NCBI RefSeq assembly: GCF_035084215.1
Contig: NC_090363.1
Span: forward strand, 9,300,001 to 9,364,000
Length of the DNA stretch: 64,000 nucleotides
Source: Heptranchias perlo
Lineage: Eukaryota
Direction: 5' to 3'
Both the position numbers and the translations under genes were made by a program. The notes under the pieces were generated by a model. The model made no database searches. It saw only the letters and a list, made by a program, of their open reading frames with translations, and was not told where the DNA came from. Shown here one piece after another: positions 48,360 to 61,684 of this stretch. How positions within the stretch are numbered: position 1 is the stretch's first letter; every line of letters begins with the position of its first letter.

Positions 48360-48892
48360 GCCCTGATAATCCAGTCCATCCTACAGCCCGAGATCCTATG
48401 GTAATCCAGACCAATCCACAGCCCAGGACTCCATGGTAATCCAGTCCATCCTACACTCTGGGATCCCCTGGGAATCCAGTCCATCCTACACTCTGGGATC
48501 CCCTGGGAATCCAGTCCATCCTACACTCCGGGATCCCCTGGGAATCCAGTCCATCCTACACTCCGGGATCCCCTGGGAATCCAGTCCATCCTACACTCCG
48601 GGATCCCCTGGGAATCCAGTCCATCCTACACTCCGGGATCCCCTGGGAATCCAGTCCATCCTACACTCCGGGATCCCCTGGGAATCCAGTCCATCCTACA
48701 CTCCGGATCCCCTGGTAATCCAGTCCATCCTACACTCCGGGATCCCCTGGGAATCCAGTCCATCCTACACTCCGGGATCCCCTGGTAATCCAGTCCATCC
48801 TACACTCCGGGATCCCCTGGTAATCCAGTCCATCCTACACTCCGGGATCCCCTGGTAATCCAGTCCATCCTACACTCCGGGATCCCCTGGGA
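48360..48892. repeat. 35-bp minisatellite (also 50690-51060 on +, 47380-47600 on -)
   Basis: Unit GATCCCCTGG(G/T)AATCCAGTCCATCCTACACTCCGG; period 48481 to 48516. Confidence 0.96.
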
Positions 48893-51800
48893 ACCCAAAT
48901 GCTGGAAATCTGAAACAAGAACAGAAAACGCTCGGGCGGTCAGTCTGCACCTATGGGGTGAACAGAGGAGTTAATGTTTCAGGTGTGGAGTCCTCATCAG
49001 AACTGTAAGAAATTACAGGGGAACAACATTTAATAATGGAACTGTATTAAGGGAAGGGGATAATATTAGGGGCAGAGAGCTGCAAACTGCCCTAAGACCT
49101 TAACTATAACTCCCAACTGACTCTTCGGCAGGGAGTGCTGGTGATGTGGGATGGATGTGCCGGTGGTTTGATTGGGAGAGGGATGGGGACCCTCCTTCGG
49201 AACGTCTCCTTTAGGTCCGTCCTTAAAACCCAGCTCTTTAACCGAGCTTTGAGTCACCCCTCCTAATATCTCCTGCTTTGTCTCGGTGTCCATTTTTGTC
49301 TGATTAGGCCTCTGTGAAACGCCTTGGGATGTTTTCCTACATTAAAACGCTGTACAAACGCAAGTTGGTGTTGTTGATGGAGTCTGCGACAAGGTTTTTT
49401 TTTTGCATCTTTGGTTATTTTTGTGGACTTAATTCATTGGTTGAGCTTCTGCCCGTATGTGTGATGCACTGAAGGGGCAGCAGAGGGCAGTGCTGAGTCA
49501 CCAGCTGGAAGCTCGGAAGTTTTCTCCAAACGCTCAGCTTGTTGGGTTCTGTGTATCGAGCCATTGTAAATAAAGGTTGGCTGGGACTTTCCGTTTCAGC
49601 TCTCCTGATATACCCAGGATCAGATATCAGGAAATGCTGCACCTCTGAACTCATGGTTTTTCCCAACCATTCATTTTCAATGTATACTTGTAAACAAAGG
49701 CGACCAACAGATTGAGATACACTTATTATGGTCTCCTTGATTATAAATCTGTTGAGTCTTTGACCTGTTGAAGGAGAGCTGCAGAATCTTAGCAAAAGTG
49801 ACCTCTTGTAAGGATTTTGAAGGGCTGGGCCACGGGCCTCTCACTCCTGGGGATGGGGAGGTGGTGATTTAGGAATAGAAGGCAAGATTCTACCTGGAGG
49901 GCGGGAGAGATTGAGAAACAGATAGAGAGAGACATTGACAGAGAGAGATGGAGAGGGAAAGGGAGTGGGAGAGAAAGCGACAGAAGGGGATGTGCTGTTG
50001 CAGTTACTGCTTAGACCAATATTACAGACTGTCATTAAGTACTCTCCGTCCTACATTCATAACCATTTTGGAGTTTTGTCCTGAAGGAACTGTTATCCAG
50101 TGCTTGCATGGCCCTTCACACTGGAATGCGCTAAAATTTATAATAAACAACAATTTGTTAAACGGCGGAGGCAAATAAATACTTAAACACAATTTGATTA
50201 AGGGAAGAATTTAGAGTTAAATAGTAAAACTGATTTGGGCAATTTGCGGAAAGCTCCCAGTTCCTCATCCCATACTGCAGAAAAATATCTTTCAAAAAAT
50301 CTGGGGTTAATTTTAACCTGGGAGGAGTCTCGTGTGGAGAATAAACACCAGCATGGAGCAGTTGGGCCGAATGGCCTGTTTCTTTGCTGTAAAATTCTAT
50401 GTAGTTCCACGTCCTGTAGCAAGGCTGGCTCTCCGAGGCTGTTTCCTTTCTGCTCCCTCACTGCTTCCCCCCACCCATGTGAGGCTCATAATGAGGCTGA
50501 GAAGAAGCTTGGAAGTTGCCTGAAGAACTCGGAGCCTGAAGATTAATCTTTTTTTTTTAAAGGGACATAATTTATCCTGGTGTGTATTATTTTGGTAGGT
50601 TTTTTTGAAAAAACATCTGTGAGTCACGGAGCCCTGTTTGTGCATTGATATCATTTCTTTGCATTAATGATGTTCACTCTGCACTGTGGAAGCCCCTGGT
50701 AACACTGTCCATCTTACAACCTGGGACACCCTGGTAAAAAGGTCCACCCTACAGCCCGGGATCCCCTGGAAATCCAGTCCACCCTACAGCCCGGGATCCC
50801 CTGGAAATCCAGTCCACCCTACAGCCCGGGATCCCCTGGTAATCCAGTCCCTCCTACAGCCCGGGATCCCCTGGAAATCCAGTCCACCCTACAGCCCGGG
50901 ATCCCTGGGTAATCCAGTCCACCCCACAGCCCAGGATCCCCTGGTAATCCAGTCCCTCCTACAGCCCAGGATCCCCTGGTAATCCAGTCCCTCCTACAGC
51001 CCGGGATCCCCTAGCAATCCAGTCCCTCCTACAGCCCGGGATCCCCTGGAAATCCAGTTCTCGAAGTCCAGGGAACCCAGTGCCATTTGCCACTTTTCCT
51101 GTAAATATTGTGGGCCTGGGGGTTTGGGATGACCTGGTTTTTAGTCCTTTTGGTGGAAATCAGAACACAAAGATTGGATTGTTTCAGCAGCTTGAGACAG
51201 AGTCAAAGCCACGGGAATATGGATCTAAACTCTACGCCTGCTCTCTGAGGCTTCCTGGGGCAACACACGAGGACAAAAGGTGCTCAGTCACAAAGAGGGA
51301 GCACAGGGCACGAAACCCTTTTTGACACCGTTCCGCACACTGTCAGGGTAATAAACGATCGGGAAATCAACAGAAAGCAATAAAAACGGCTGGAAATCTG
51401 AAACAAGAACAGAAAACGCTCGGGCGGTCAGTCTGCACCTGTGGGGCGAACAGAGGAGTTAATGTTTCAGGTGTAGAGTCCTCATCAGAACTGTAAGAAA
51501 TTACAGGGAACAACATTTAAAAATGGAACCGAACGAAGGGAAGGGGATAATATTAGGGGCAGAGAGCTGAAAACTGCCTTAAGACCTTAACTAAAACTCC
51601 CATATGTCTCTTTGGCAGGGAGTGCTGGTGATGTGGGATGGATGTGCCGGTGGTTTGGTTGGGAGAGGGATCGGTTGATGCTTGGGATGGGTACCCTCCT
51701 TTGGAACGTTTCCTTTAGGTCCGTCTTTAAAACCCAGCTCTTTAACCAAGCTTTGAGTCACCCCTCCTAATATCTCCTGCTTTGTCTCGGTGTCCATTTT

Positions 51801-51989
51801 TGTCTGATTAGGCCTCTGTGAAACGCCTTGGAATGTTTTTCTACATTAAAACACTGTACAAACGCAAGTTGGTGTTGTTGATGGAGTCTGCGACAAGGTC
51901 CTACATGTTTTTGCACCTTTGGTTATTTTTTGGAGACTTTATTCAATTATCCTGTAATTGTAATGTACTGAGGGGGCAGTGCTGAGTCC

Positions 51990-52272
51990 CCTACTCTTTC
52001 CCCATAATCCTGTAAATTTTTCCTTTTCAACTATTTATCCAATTCCCTTTTGAAAGTTATTATTGAATCTGCTTCCACCGCCCTTTCAGGCAGCGCATTC
52101 CGGATCATAACAATTTTCTACGTAAAAACATTTCTCCTCATCTCCCCCTCTGTTTCTTTCACCTCTGATTATGAAAGATTTTGATATAGTACACAGGGAG
52201 AAACTGTTTCCAATGGCAACAGGGTCAGTAACCAGAGGACACAGATTTAAGATATTTGGTAGAAGAACCAAA
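51990..52272 (-). mobile_element. CR1 3' fragment with inverted 5' part
   Basis: The - strand part (51990-52160) and the + strand part (52168-52272) are consecutive pieces of the CR1 3' consensus. Confidence 0.75.
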
Positions 52273-52394
52273 TGGTGGCTTTGAAAGAAGGTGGAGGCAA
52301 ATAAATACTGAAATGCAAATTCATTAGGAAAAGAATTTAGTTCAATAATAAAACTGCTGGCAATTTGGGAAAGTTCCCAATTCCTCAGAACAGT

Positions 52395-55300
52395 GGGGGA
52401 AAAAATGGTTCAGGGTCCGTTCTGGGCGATGGTAGCGCGATGCGCTAACACCCCGTGCCCGACGGACCCTGGGCAGGCAAAATGCAAGTTTGGTCCCAAG
52501 GGAGCACTTACCTGCAATCTGCGTTCCTTTCCAGGTCTTGCATGTGGAATGTATGTAATTCGCACTTTCCACCACCAGAGGGAGCTCCACCTCTTAAAGG
52601 GAAGATGTTTCTTCGAAATCTCTTGAAGGTAGCTGGTACCTGTTATTTGCTGAAAATAACAGTCGACTGTCTGCATGGAGTCTGAACAGAGATCAGACAT
52701 CGCACACGTAAAACACAGATGCAGATCCCATCCCTATGTTTACACACTGATGAGTTATGTTAAAACATTGGGCGAAAAATTGGATAGGGCCTCTGTTTTT
52801 GGGCGGGAGTAGCACGATCCGCTATTACCCCACGTCCAATGGTCCCGGCGCAGGCAGGACAAGATTTTCGTCAGCCCTGAGGACTTACCTGCAATCTGCG
52901 TTGGAAATCAGCATTGAACGAGTATGCCGTGCAATTCTCACTTTCCACCAGCAGGGGGAAGCTTGAATCTCTTAAAAGTAGCTGGTACCTATTATTTTCT
53001 GAATATAACAGCCTGCTGCCTGCACGGAGTCTGAACGAAGATCAGACATCGCACACGTAAAGCACAGATACAGGTCCCATCCCTATGTTTACACACTGAT
53101 GAGTTACGTTAAAACATTGAATAAAGGTTGCGCACCACTAAATCCCTTATCCTCCAATCTGCATGCCAGACCTCACCAATCTGCTGATCTGGGACTCTGT
53201 GCACCATGGCTCTCTGCTGATGCACTAGAGGCCTTGGTGCAAGAGGAGAACAGAATGAGGGACATCGTATATCCGCGAGGGGAGGGGGGGAGCAAGAGGC
53301 CCTCCAGACATACACCCAAAAGGTTGTGGGAGGCAGTAGGGGATGAAGTCAATGCTGGGCGCACAGCATTATGAACATGGATGCAGAACAGGAAGAAGTT
53401 CAATGCTTTGACATGTGGGGTCAAGATGAATGAGGCCAACTGTCAAGTGGCGTCCCCTACCAACTGCACCACTAGCCGCATCCATTGCTCCACGCACTAA
53501 GCCCCCCAACACCCACCTACCAACAAACTCTTTCCATCTGTACTCAATCCTCTCACTCTTACACATTACCACCATTGCAAGCCGCCCAGCTACAACTCAC
53601 AGGCCACAAACACTGGCAGCTATTCAACCATGATAGGCACATCACCCAGACACACATCCCGCTTTCTTGCAGGAAAACCTGGCACAAATCAGGAGGCAGC
53701 AAGTGGCGGTGTCATTTTGCCCCTCGAGCCTGTTCCACCATTCGATCAGATCAGGGTGGACCTGTGACCGAACTCCATATACCCACCTTAGCACCATATC
53801 CCTTAATACCCTTGGTTCACAGAAATCTATCAATCTCAGATTTAGAATTCTCAATTGAGCTAGCATTAACTGCCGTCTGTAGAAGAGCGTTCCAAACGTC
53901 TCCCACCCTTCGCGTGTAGAAGCATTTCCTAACTTCACTCCTGCACATCCTGGCTTTAAATGTTAGGCTATGTCCCCGCGTCCTAGTATTCAAGTGTAGC
54001 AGACCTCCAAAAAAGATTACAAATGTCTCGGCAGCCAGAAGCAATAATCCAGCCAGTAACCTGTAAATCCTGCATGGTCCCTTTAAATAGCACCGGTCGG
54101 GGGTCCTCCAGACTCTCTAAGGCATGTTCAGATGGTCGGGGTTAAGACTGTGCGTTGAGTTGAGCGTTAAGTCCCAAAATGGTGTCTATCACTTTAAATC
54201 AGCATTGCACACTGAAGCCATTTTCTCCCTACTTTACATGATTCCAGCGTTCGTTATCTGCGCCTGCACTAACTCCCATACCAAGATGGCATCTGGCGCA
54301 CGTCAGACAGGAAACGTGCGTGCGCATCCAAGATGCCATCTTGGATGTCGAAGAGGCCATGTCGCGCCAAAACAACGGGCGCTACACGGCCCAATTTAGC
54401 GCCCAATGAATAAAGGTTGCGCACTACTAAATCCCACATCCTCCAATCTGCACACCAGACCTCACCAATCTGCCGATCTGAGTTGGTACCAGGCCTGCGA
54501 GAGAGCGTGTACCAAGGTTCTCTGCTGATGCACTCGAGACCTTGAGTGCAAGAGGTGGACAGAAGGAGGGACATCCTATATCCGCAGGGGGGCAAGAGGC
54601 CCTCCAGACATATACTCATAAGACAGAGGGAGACAGCAGAGGACAAATTCAATGCCAGGCGCACAGCATCATGAACATGGACGCAGTGCAGGAAGAAATT
54701 GAATGATTTCACATGAGTGGTCAAGGTGAGTGAGGTCAACTGTCAAGTGGCGTCTCCTACCAACTGCACCACACACTACACCCCCCATCACCCACATACC
54801 CATAAACTCTTTCCCTCAGATGCTTCCTCTCACCCTTACACATTACCACTGTTTCAAGCCGCCCACCCACAACTCACAGGCCACACACACTGGCAGCCAT
54901 TCAACCATGAGAGGCACATCACCCAGACACACGCCTCGCTTTCTTGCAGGAGAAGGTGGCGCACATCATGAGGCAGCAAGTGGCAGTGGCATTTAGCCCC
55001 TCGAGCCTGTTCCACCATTCAATGAGATCATGATGGACCTGTGACCGAACTCCATATACCCACCTTAGCCCCATATGCCTTAATACCCTTGGTTCACAGA
55101 AATCTATCAATCTTAGATTTGGAATTCTCAATTGAGCTAGCATCAACTGCCGTCTGGAGAAGAGCGTTCCAAACTTCTCCCACCCTTTGCGTGTAGAAGC
55201 ATTTCCTAACTTCACTCCTGTACGTCCTGGCTCTAAATGTTAGGCTATGTCCCCGTGTCCTAGTATTGAAGTCTAGGAGACCTCCAAAAACAGTTACAAA

Positions 55301-55685
55301 TGTCTCGGCAGCCAGAGGCAACAATCCAGCCACTAACCTGTAAATCCTGCATGGTCCCTTTAAATAGCGCTGGTGGGGGGTCCTCCAGGCACTCTAAGAC
55401 ATGTTCAGATGGTCGGGGTTAAGACTGTGCGTTGAGTTGAGCGTTAAGTCCCAAAATGGTGTCTGTCACTTTAAATCAGCGTTGCACACTGATTGAAGCT
55501 ATTTTCTCCCTACTTTACATGATTCCAGCGTTCGTTATCTGCGCCTGCGCTAACTCCTGTACCAAGATGGCATCTGGCGCGTGTCTCGCAGGAAACGTGC
55601 GTGCGCATCCAAGATGCCATCTTGGATGTCGAAGAGGCCGTGCAGCGCCGAAACAACGGGCGCTACACGGCCCAATTTAGCGCCA
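52395..55685. mobile_element. Non-autonomous Harbinger (outer copy) containing an inserted copy of the same family (52770-54404)
   Basis: Inner TIRs GGGCGAAAAATTGG / CCAATTTAGCGCCC are flanked by ATT/AAT inside the host motif aaaacATTgaataaagg. Both copies carry the Myb remnant and the CR1 piece. Confidence 0.88.
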
Positions 55686-56782
55686 GGTACCTTTAAAAAA
55701 AATCTTGGGGTGATTTTAATTTAACTCACACGATGGGAAACCCATGGGATCGGGTGGAGCCCTGGTTTTACACCCGCCCAATATTACTCTCCGTTAACTT
55801 CAATTTGTAAAACCAACATCGCACCCGATTGTGTCAGTTTCCCGACAGGCGGGTTAGGTTAAAATTGCCCCCCTTAAGTCGGGTCCATTTATCCCCACTT
55901 TCTAACCCCCTTTCACCAAAAGAGTAAACTTGTCCTTGATTCCCCGGGGTTAGGGAGGGGAGTAGATCTTGACTTTGTGCACTGGTGTACAACGGGTGAT
56001 AGCAAACCGACTGCCCGTTTTACGCCTCTCCTGATTTTTATTTCCATTGGAGTCAATCGGGAGAGATATAAAATTATCCCCCATTAGTTTTAATACACTA
56101 CTAAAGAATTTAGTAAACGATTAAAAAGAATTTATTGTTAATTACTTTGCTGGATACACTGCGGGTGAGAAGCCCGAGATCTCAAACACCAACACAACCA
56201 AGTTCAGATACATCGCACCAACTGTCAGACTGCTAAATAATGAAACATGAAGCAGACAGCAGGTGGTTGAGCAGCAATAAATAAAAGATGGATTCAGTGA
56301 AGATAAGAGGTGTAACTGACTGATGGGGATTTGCACAGTATGCAAAGTGTGGAACGAAACACTCTGAACTATTTGTCATCACCGTGACGAGGAATAATTC
56401 AGTTTGTGGCTGGGTGGTACAATTGACTGAATTGCTGGGGTGAAATTCGTCTACTTCAGCAGCACCAAACAAGCTCGTAGCGAATCGGCAGCCCATTTTA
56501 CACCACTCCACCATTTTACACCACGATTGTCTTTCCCATTGAAATCATCGGAAAAGAAAATAGGTCACCGTGTAAAACAGGCTGTAAATTCACCGTGAGC
56601 CCATTTCGCACGGACCAATTTCACCCTCCGCCCACCCCCGTTGTGTTCGCTCAGGTTAGGGCCTCATTTCCCTACAGCGTAACTACTGATAGAAGGCAAA
56701 GTCCTGGTAATTGTTAGCCGTAGCTCAGCTGCCTGAGTCAGGAGGTCATGGGTTCAAGCCTGGGCAGCTATTAAAAAGAAAG

Positions 56783-57240
56783 AACTTGCATTTATATACT
56801 GCCTTTCACAACCTCAGGATGTCCCAAAGCGCTTTACGGCTAATGAAATACCTTTTTGTTGAAGTGTAGTCACTGTTGTAATGTAGGAAACGCAGCAGCC
56901 AATTTGCGCACAGCAAGATCCCAAAAACAGCAATGTGATTGTGACCAGAGCATCTGTTTTTTTTTGGTGATATTGGTCGAGGAATAAACGTTGGCCTAGG
57001 ACACCAGGGAGAACTCCCCCCTGCTCTTCTTCATATAGTATCATGGGATTGTTCATATCAACCTCAGAGGGTAGAAGGGGCCTCAATTTAACATCTCATC
57101 CAAAAGACAGCACCTCTGACGGTGCTGCACTGGGAGGGTCAGCCTCGATTATGTGCTTAACGTCTCTGGAGCGAGGGCTTGAACCCACGACCACCTGACT
57201 CAGGGGCGAGAGAGCTGCCCACTGAGCTACGACTGACACT
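56783..57240 (-). mobile_element. SacSINE1-like DeuSINE, full length
   Basis: Reverse complement of 27955-28420; a short + strand SINE head precedes it at ~56712-56762. Confidence 0.87.
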
Positions 57241-57989
57241 GATGCAAACATACAGAACTGAAGAAAAGAGCATCATTTGAAAAGTAAACAGTAATAAACA
57301 GCATAGTTCTCCTGGTGACTACAAGGGCCGCCATTTGACATTTAAGCCTGATAAGCAGACTGTTGCATAAATGCAAATTCTTTTGTTGTCACGAGAGGCC
57401 CCGAAAGGGGTAATGTGTAAGATTGATGTTTCCTCTTTAGCACTGGGACCAGCTGGCCAAGGCAACATACTGCAGCAGCACTTCAAAACAAAACTCGAAA
57501 TCATTTCCTCAGATCCCACAACTGTAACAAACTGACATCCACTTAACATTTCTGGCTTCGAAGCTGACGATTCTTTCTATAAATATAACTGGACGTGCAG
57601 GAAGACAGATGGGATACTGCCGGCTTGAATAGCACCAGGCCGCAGCCTACTCCCACACTGCTCCTTCTTAAAGGGGCAACGCTGGCCCGGTTGATATAAT
57701 GCACAGCCTGGCGTGGTACTGAGCAGCACAGGCCAGTAGCGCCCCTGCTGGGATGGTAGAGTTGGCCTCAGTGCCCTTGAGCGAGGAAGGGAGCCATCCA
57801 GTGGTCTGCCTGTGTACAGATCTTGACCAATGACAGAACTAGGTGTGATGCCTCTCCCCCATGGTTCAGTATCTTGCTGACACTATCTGGGTTCATATAC
57901 ACAGGGTGGCTACTTGCTGGGATACAGGGATGGGTTCACTGAACTATGCGCCAGGATGCGGGGGAGGGGTGGACAGGAGAGAAGGGGTG

Positions 57990-58655
57990 GACAGAAGATC
58001 ATTAAAATGTCATGGACAGGTACAGAAAATAATCAAAACGGCTAATGGAATGCTGGCCTTTATATGTAGAGGACTAGAATACAAGGGGGTAGAAGTTATG
58101 CTACAGCTATACAAAGCCCTGGTTAGACCACACCTGGAGTACTGTGTTCAGTTCTGGGCACCACACCTTAGGAAGGACAGCAGTGTAGATTTACTAGAAA
58201 GATACCTGGACTCCAAGGATTAATTTACAAGAAGAGATTATACAAACTAGGGTAGTATTCCCTGGCATTTAGAAGATTAATGGGTGATTTGATAGAAATT
58301 TTCAAGGTATTGAGGTGAACTGAAAGGGTAGATAGAGAGAAACTATTTCCGCTGGTTGGGAGTCTAGGACTAGGGGACATAGACTAAAAATTAGAGCCAG
58401 GACTTTCAGGAGTGAAGTCAGGAAACACTTCTACACGCAAAGGGGGATAGAAGTTTGGAACTCTCTTCCCCAAATGGCAGTTGATGCTAGCTCGATTGTT
58501 AATTGTAAATCTGAGATTGATAGATTTTTGTTAACCAAAGGTATTAAGGGATATCGGGCTAAGGCGGGTGTACGGAGTTAGGTCACAGGTCAGCCATGAT
58601 CTCATTGAATGGCGGAACGGGCTCGAGGGCTACTCCTGTTCCTATGTTCCTATGT
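57990..58655 (+). mobile_element. CR1 3' fragment (same subfamily as the Harbinger cargo)
   Basis: ANGMLAFICRGLEYKGVEVMLQLYKALVRPHLEYCVQFWAPHLRKD; ctaggactaggggacatag...gagttaggtcacaggtcagccatgatc. Confidence 0.92.
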
Positions 58656-59519
58656 AACTAAGAATTGAAGGGGATAACATTTCCACAGAGCGTCCCTCTA
58701 AGGTACTTATCACATTGACAGCGTGACTAATAAACTGCCCATGGTATTGCTTGTGGTCACTCAATGGATAAAAGGTTTTTCCTACATACAGGAGGGCAAG
58801 GAGAGTTCAGAAACTGGCTCCACACCGTCGCCTACTGGCCGAAGCCTGAAATCACACCGTCACAGGCAACTGTTTGTAAACATTCTAAATGTTTACATAG
58901 GCAGTTTTAACATTAAATGTTACCTTAAAAGCACTCCTGTGAAAGGATGTTTTCCTAAGTGAAAGGCGCTATATAAATGCAAGTTGTTGACGACTAAAAA
59001 TTGCGACAACAGGAAGCCCATGTAAACACGGGGAAATTTTAACTTTCGGCGGCAGTGTAAAACGGACGATATTGGGTCAGCTGCCTGTTATAAACCTCGT
59101 CTGATTTTCCTTTCTATTGACTTCAACGGAAATGAAAATCGGGTGATGTGACAATGGGCGGCTGATCTGATATTGCCCGTTTTACACTGTCACCGAAAGA
59201 TACAATTATCCCCCTGTGTTTTTAATATATAGATGGATGTAGCAAGGTCATTCTTGCTGTTTCCCCGGCATGAGAACTTCATGAACACATCACAAAGTGC
59301 CTTCGCATACAATAAATTGCTGTGAAACACTGCCTTTCTTGTGATGTAAGCAAACACAGCAGCCGTCTTGAGAGCAGTAATGTCCCTCCAGCATCAATGA
59401 GGTGCCCAGTGCCTGATGGAATGCTTCTGCTGATTGAGGCCCCTCGGTGCTGACTGTATCTGGTGGTCAACCTGGCAGTTTCGTGGTTGAATTTTTGCAA
59501 TGGTCTGCTCAGAGATCCG

Positions 59520-59970
59520 GGCCTACCTCAAAGTTCCCTGATGAGGTGACCCTGCCCCTTTAACTGGTAAAAGTTGAGCCTGTCTGAAAGTTCATTTTTG
59601 AGGTGATACTGCCCCTTTAGCTGGTAAACGCAGGGCCTATCTGACAGCTCCCTAATGAGGTCACACTGCCCCTTTAACTGGTAAATGTGGGGCCTATCTG
59701 ACAGCTCCCTGATGAGATGACACTGCCCCTTTAACTGGTAAATGTGGGGCCTATCTGACAGTTCCCTTTTGAGGTGACACTGCCCCTTTAACTGGTAAAT
59801 GTGGGGCCTATCTGACAGCTCTCTTTTGAGGTGACACTGCCCCTTTAACTGGTAAATGTGGGGCCTATCTGACAGCTCTCTTTTGAGGTGACACTGCCCC
59901 TTTAACTGGTAAATGTGGGGCCTATCTGACAGCTCTCTTTTGAGGTGACACTGCCCCTTTAACTGGTAAA
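59520..59970. repeat. 57-bp tandem repeat, about 8 copies
   Basis: Unit GAGGTGACACTGCCCCTTTAACTGGTAAATGTGGGGCCTATCTGACAGCTCTCTTTT; period 59771 to 59828. Confidence 0.95.
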
Positions 59971-60221
59971 ACTGCTCTCATTCATTTTACAGAGATTCTA
60001 TCAACCCTGTTTTGATGAAGTCAGTAAATTCTAAAAAGGGGGGCGGGGTCACTGAGCAATGGCTGCCCCTTGTATCAGCCGCCGCATTCATGACTTCACC
60101 GGGTTAGGCTGTCGGATGGAGCTCAGTGGAAGCATCAACAGGGACAACTCTCAACTGTCTCCTAGTAACTGGTTAACAGGCCTTGGCAGAGGCCAGGGAT
60201 TAGCTCAAACCCCATCTGCCT

Positions 60222-60515
60222 TCGAGTGCTGTGAACAGCTCTGGTTTCCATATTATAGAAAGGATGTAGAGGCACCGGAGAGAGTGCAAAAAAGATTTAC
60301 TAGGGTGATACCAGAGCTGAGAGGATATGTTGAAACTATGGTCAAGTATCTCTTTATGCATTTCTACAGATATAACTATTAGGAAAGATTGAACAGGCTG
60401 GGGCTTTTTTCTCTAGAAAGAGAAGACTGAGGGGTGACCTCATCGAGGTCTTTAAAATTATGAAGGGGTTTGATAGGGTCGATGTAGAGAGGATGTTTCC
60501 CCTTGTGGGGTAGAC
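60222..60515 (+). mobile_element. CR1 fragment
   Basis: QLWFPYYRKDVEAPERVQKRFTRVIP; agaagactgaggggtgacctc. Confidence 0.85.
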
Positions 60516-61301
60516 CAATGACCGATCATCCCTCCCTTGACCCCCTTGCCCATGAATGCCCCCATGCCCCCTGGTGCCCCCATGCCCCCCAGTGCCCCCA
60601 TGCCTATCGGTGCCCCCATGCACATTGGAGCCCCTATGCCATCGATGCCCCCATGCCCCCCCCATGCCACCCATACAATCTAAGACTTACCCCTTCATGT
60701 CCTATTCCTTGCTCTGCTCCTGTCCGACTGAGACCAGCCTGTAAATCAGGCCGGTCAGTCCGACAAAAAAAAATAAAAGAGGTCTTTTACGTCAAAATCG
60801 TAAGGACATCCGGGAAACCCGCACTTCCGGGTTTCTCGTCCGCGATTCGACCCCTCTCCGCCCCCTTCCCGGCTCCGAGTCAAAACCCTGACCAACGTGT
60901 TTAATCGTCATTTAAGTATCACTCCCAGCTCCGAGCGTGGTACAGGCAGCGCAGACACAAGAACACGGACCTGCTCAACGCACAGATTGTACAAAGTGTT
61001 AACCCACTAATTCCAGCCACATACAACCTCAACATAGTGAGGGGGGGAGAGCAGCATCCTGCCACTCAAACCAACACGACTGGAAATGAACATCATGTGA
61101 TGGATCAGTCGTAACTGGGGTTACAGTTAGAGCGGGAAACTCACAGACTTTGGGGGCTGAAATTGCACGGGGGGGGCGGAGAGACGAAACCACAAACACC
61201 GATATTGAAGTCGGCGGGATTGAATATCGAGCCGGGTGTAGAATGGGCGAGTGATGTGATGCTGCCCATTTTGTGATCCCGCCCGTTTCCAATCTCACTC
61301 T

Positions 61302-61547
61302 CGGGGTGATTTTAACCCCCAAGAATGGGTGGGTTGGGGGCAGGTGGGAGTTGAAAATAATTGTTTTTTTGGGTCGCGGCCGCAACCCGGCTTTATTTCC
61401 GGGTGTAACTTGGGTGCGTAAAAGTACAGGCTTCCCACCGGGAATGCAAAATCCGAAAATTTTGCAGTTGCGACCCAAAAAAAACAATTATTTTCAACTC
61501 TCACCCGCCCCCCAACCCACCCGTTCTTGGGAGTTAAAATCACCCTC
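61302..61547 (-). mobile_element. MITE (12858 family)
   Basis: Full-length, opposite orientation. Confidence 0.9.
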
Positions 61548-61684
61548 CTTACAGTCTGCTTACCGGGTCTAAATGTAGAATTGCGTCCTTTGTAAGCTAC
61601 TTATTGGTCTTTATTTTTAAAATTACTGCTTCCCATTACTACAGTGAAGGGGGGATCTCCTCCTCCTGTTCCCTCTGGTGGGAG

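Larger units (their letters stand above)
46195..52394. repeat. Complex local duplication/inversion of an about 2-kb composite unit
   Basis: 46770-48350 is an inverted copy of ~49815-51680. 48900-49500 is a direct copy of 51389-51990. 46370-46650 resembles 50320-50640, and 52293-52390 resembles 50166-50270. Confidence 0.88.

Noticed and set aside
49415-49795. 126-aa minus-strand ORF in unique DNA
   Set aside because: No recognisable motif, and its phase is not consistent with the candidate upstream exon; kept only as part of a low-interest finding.
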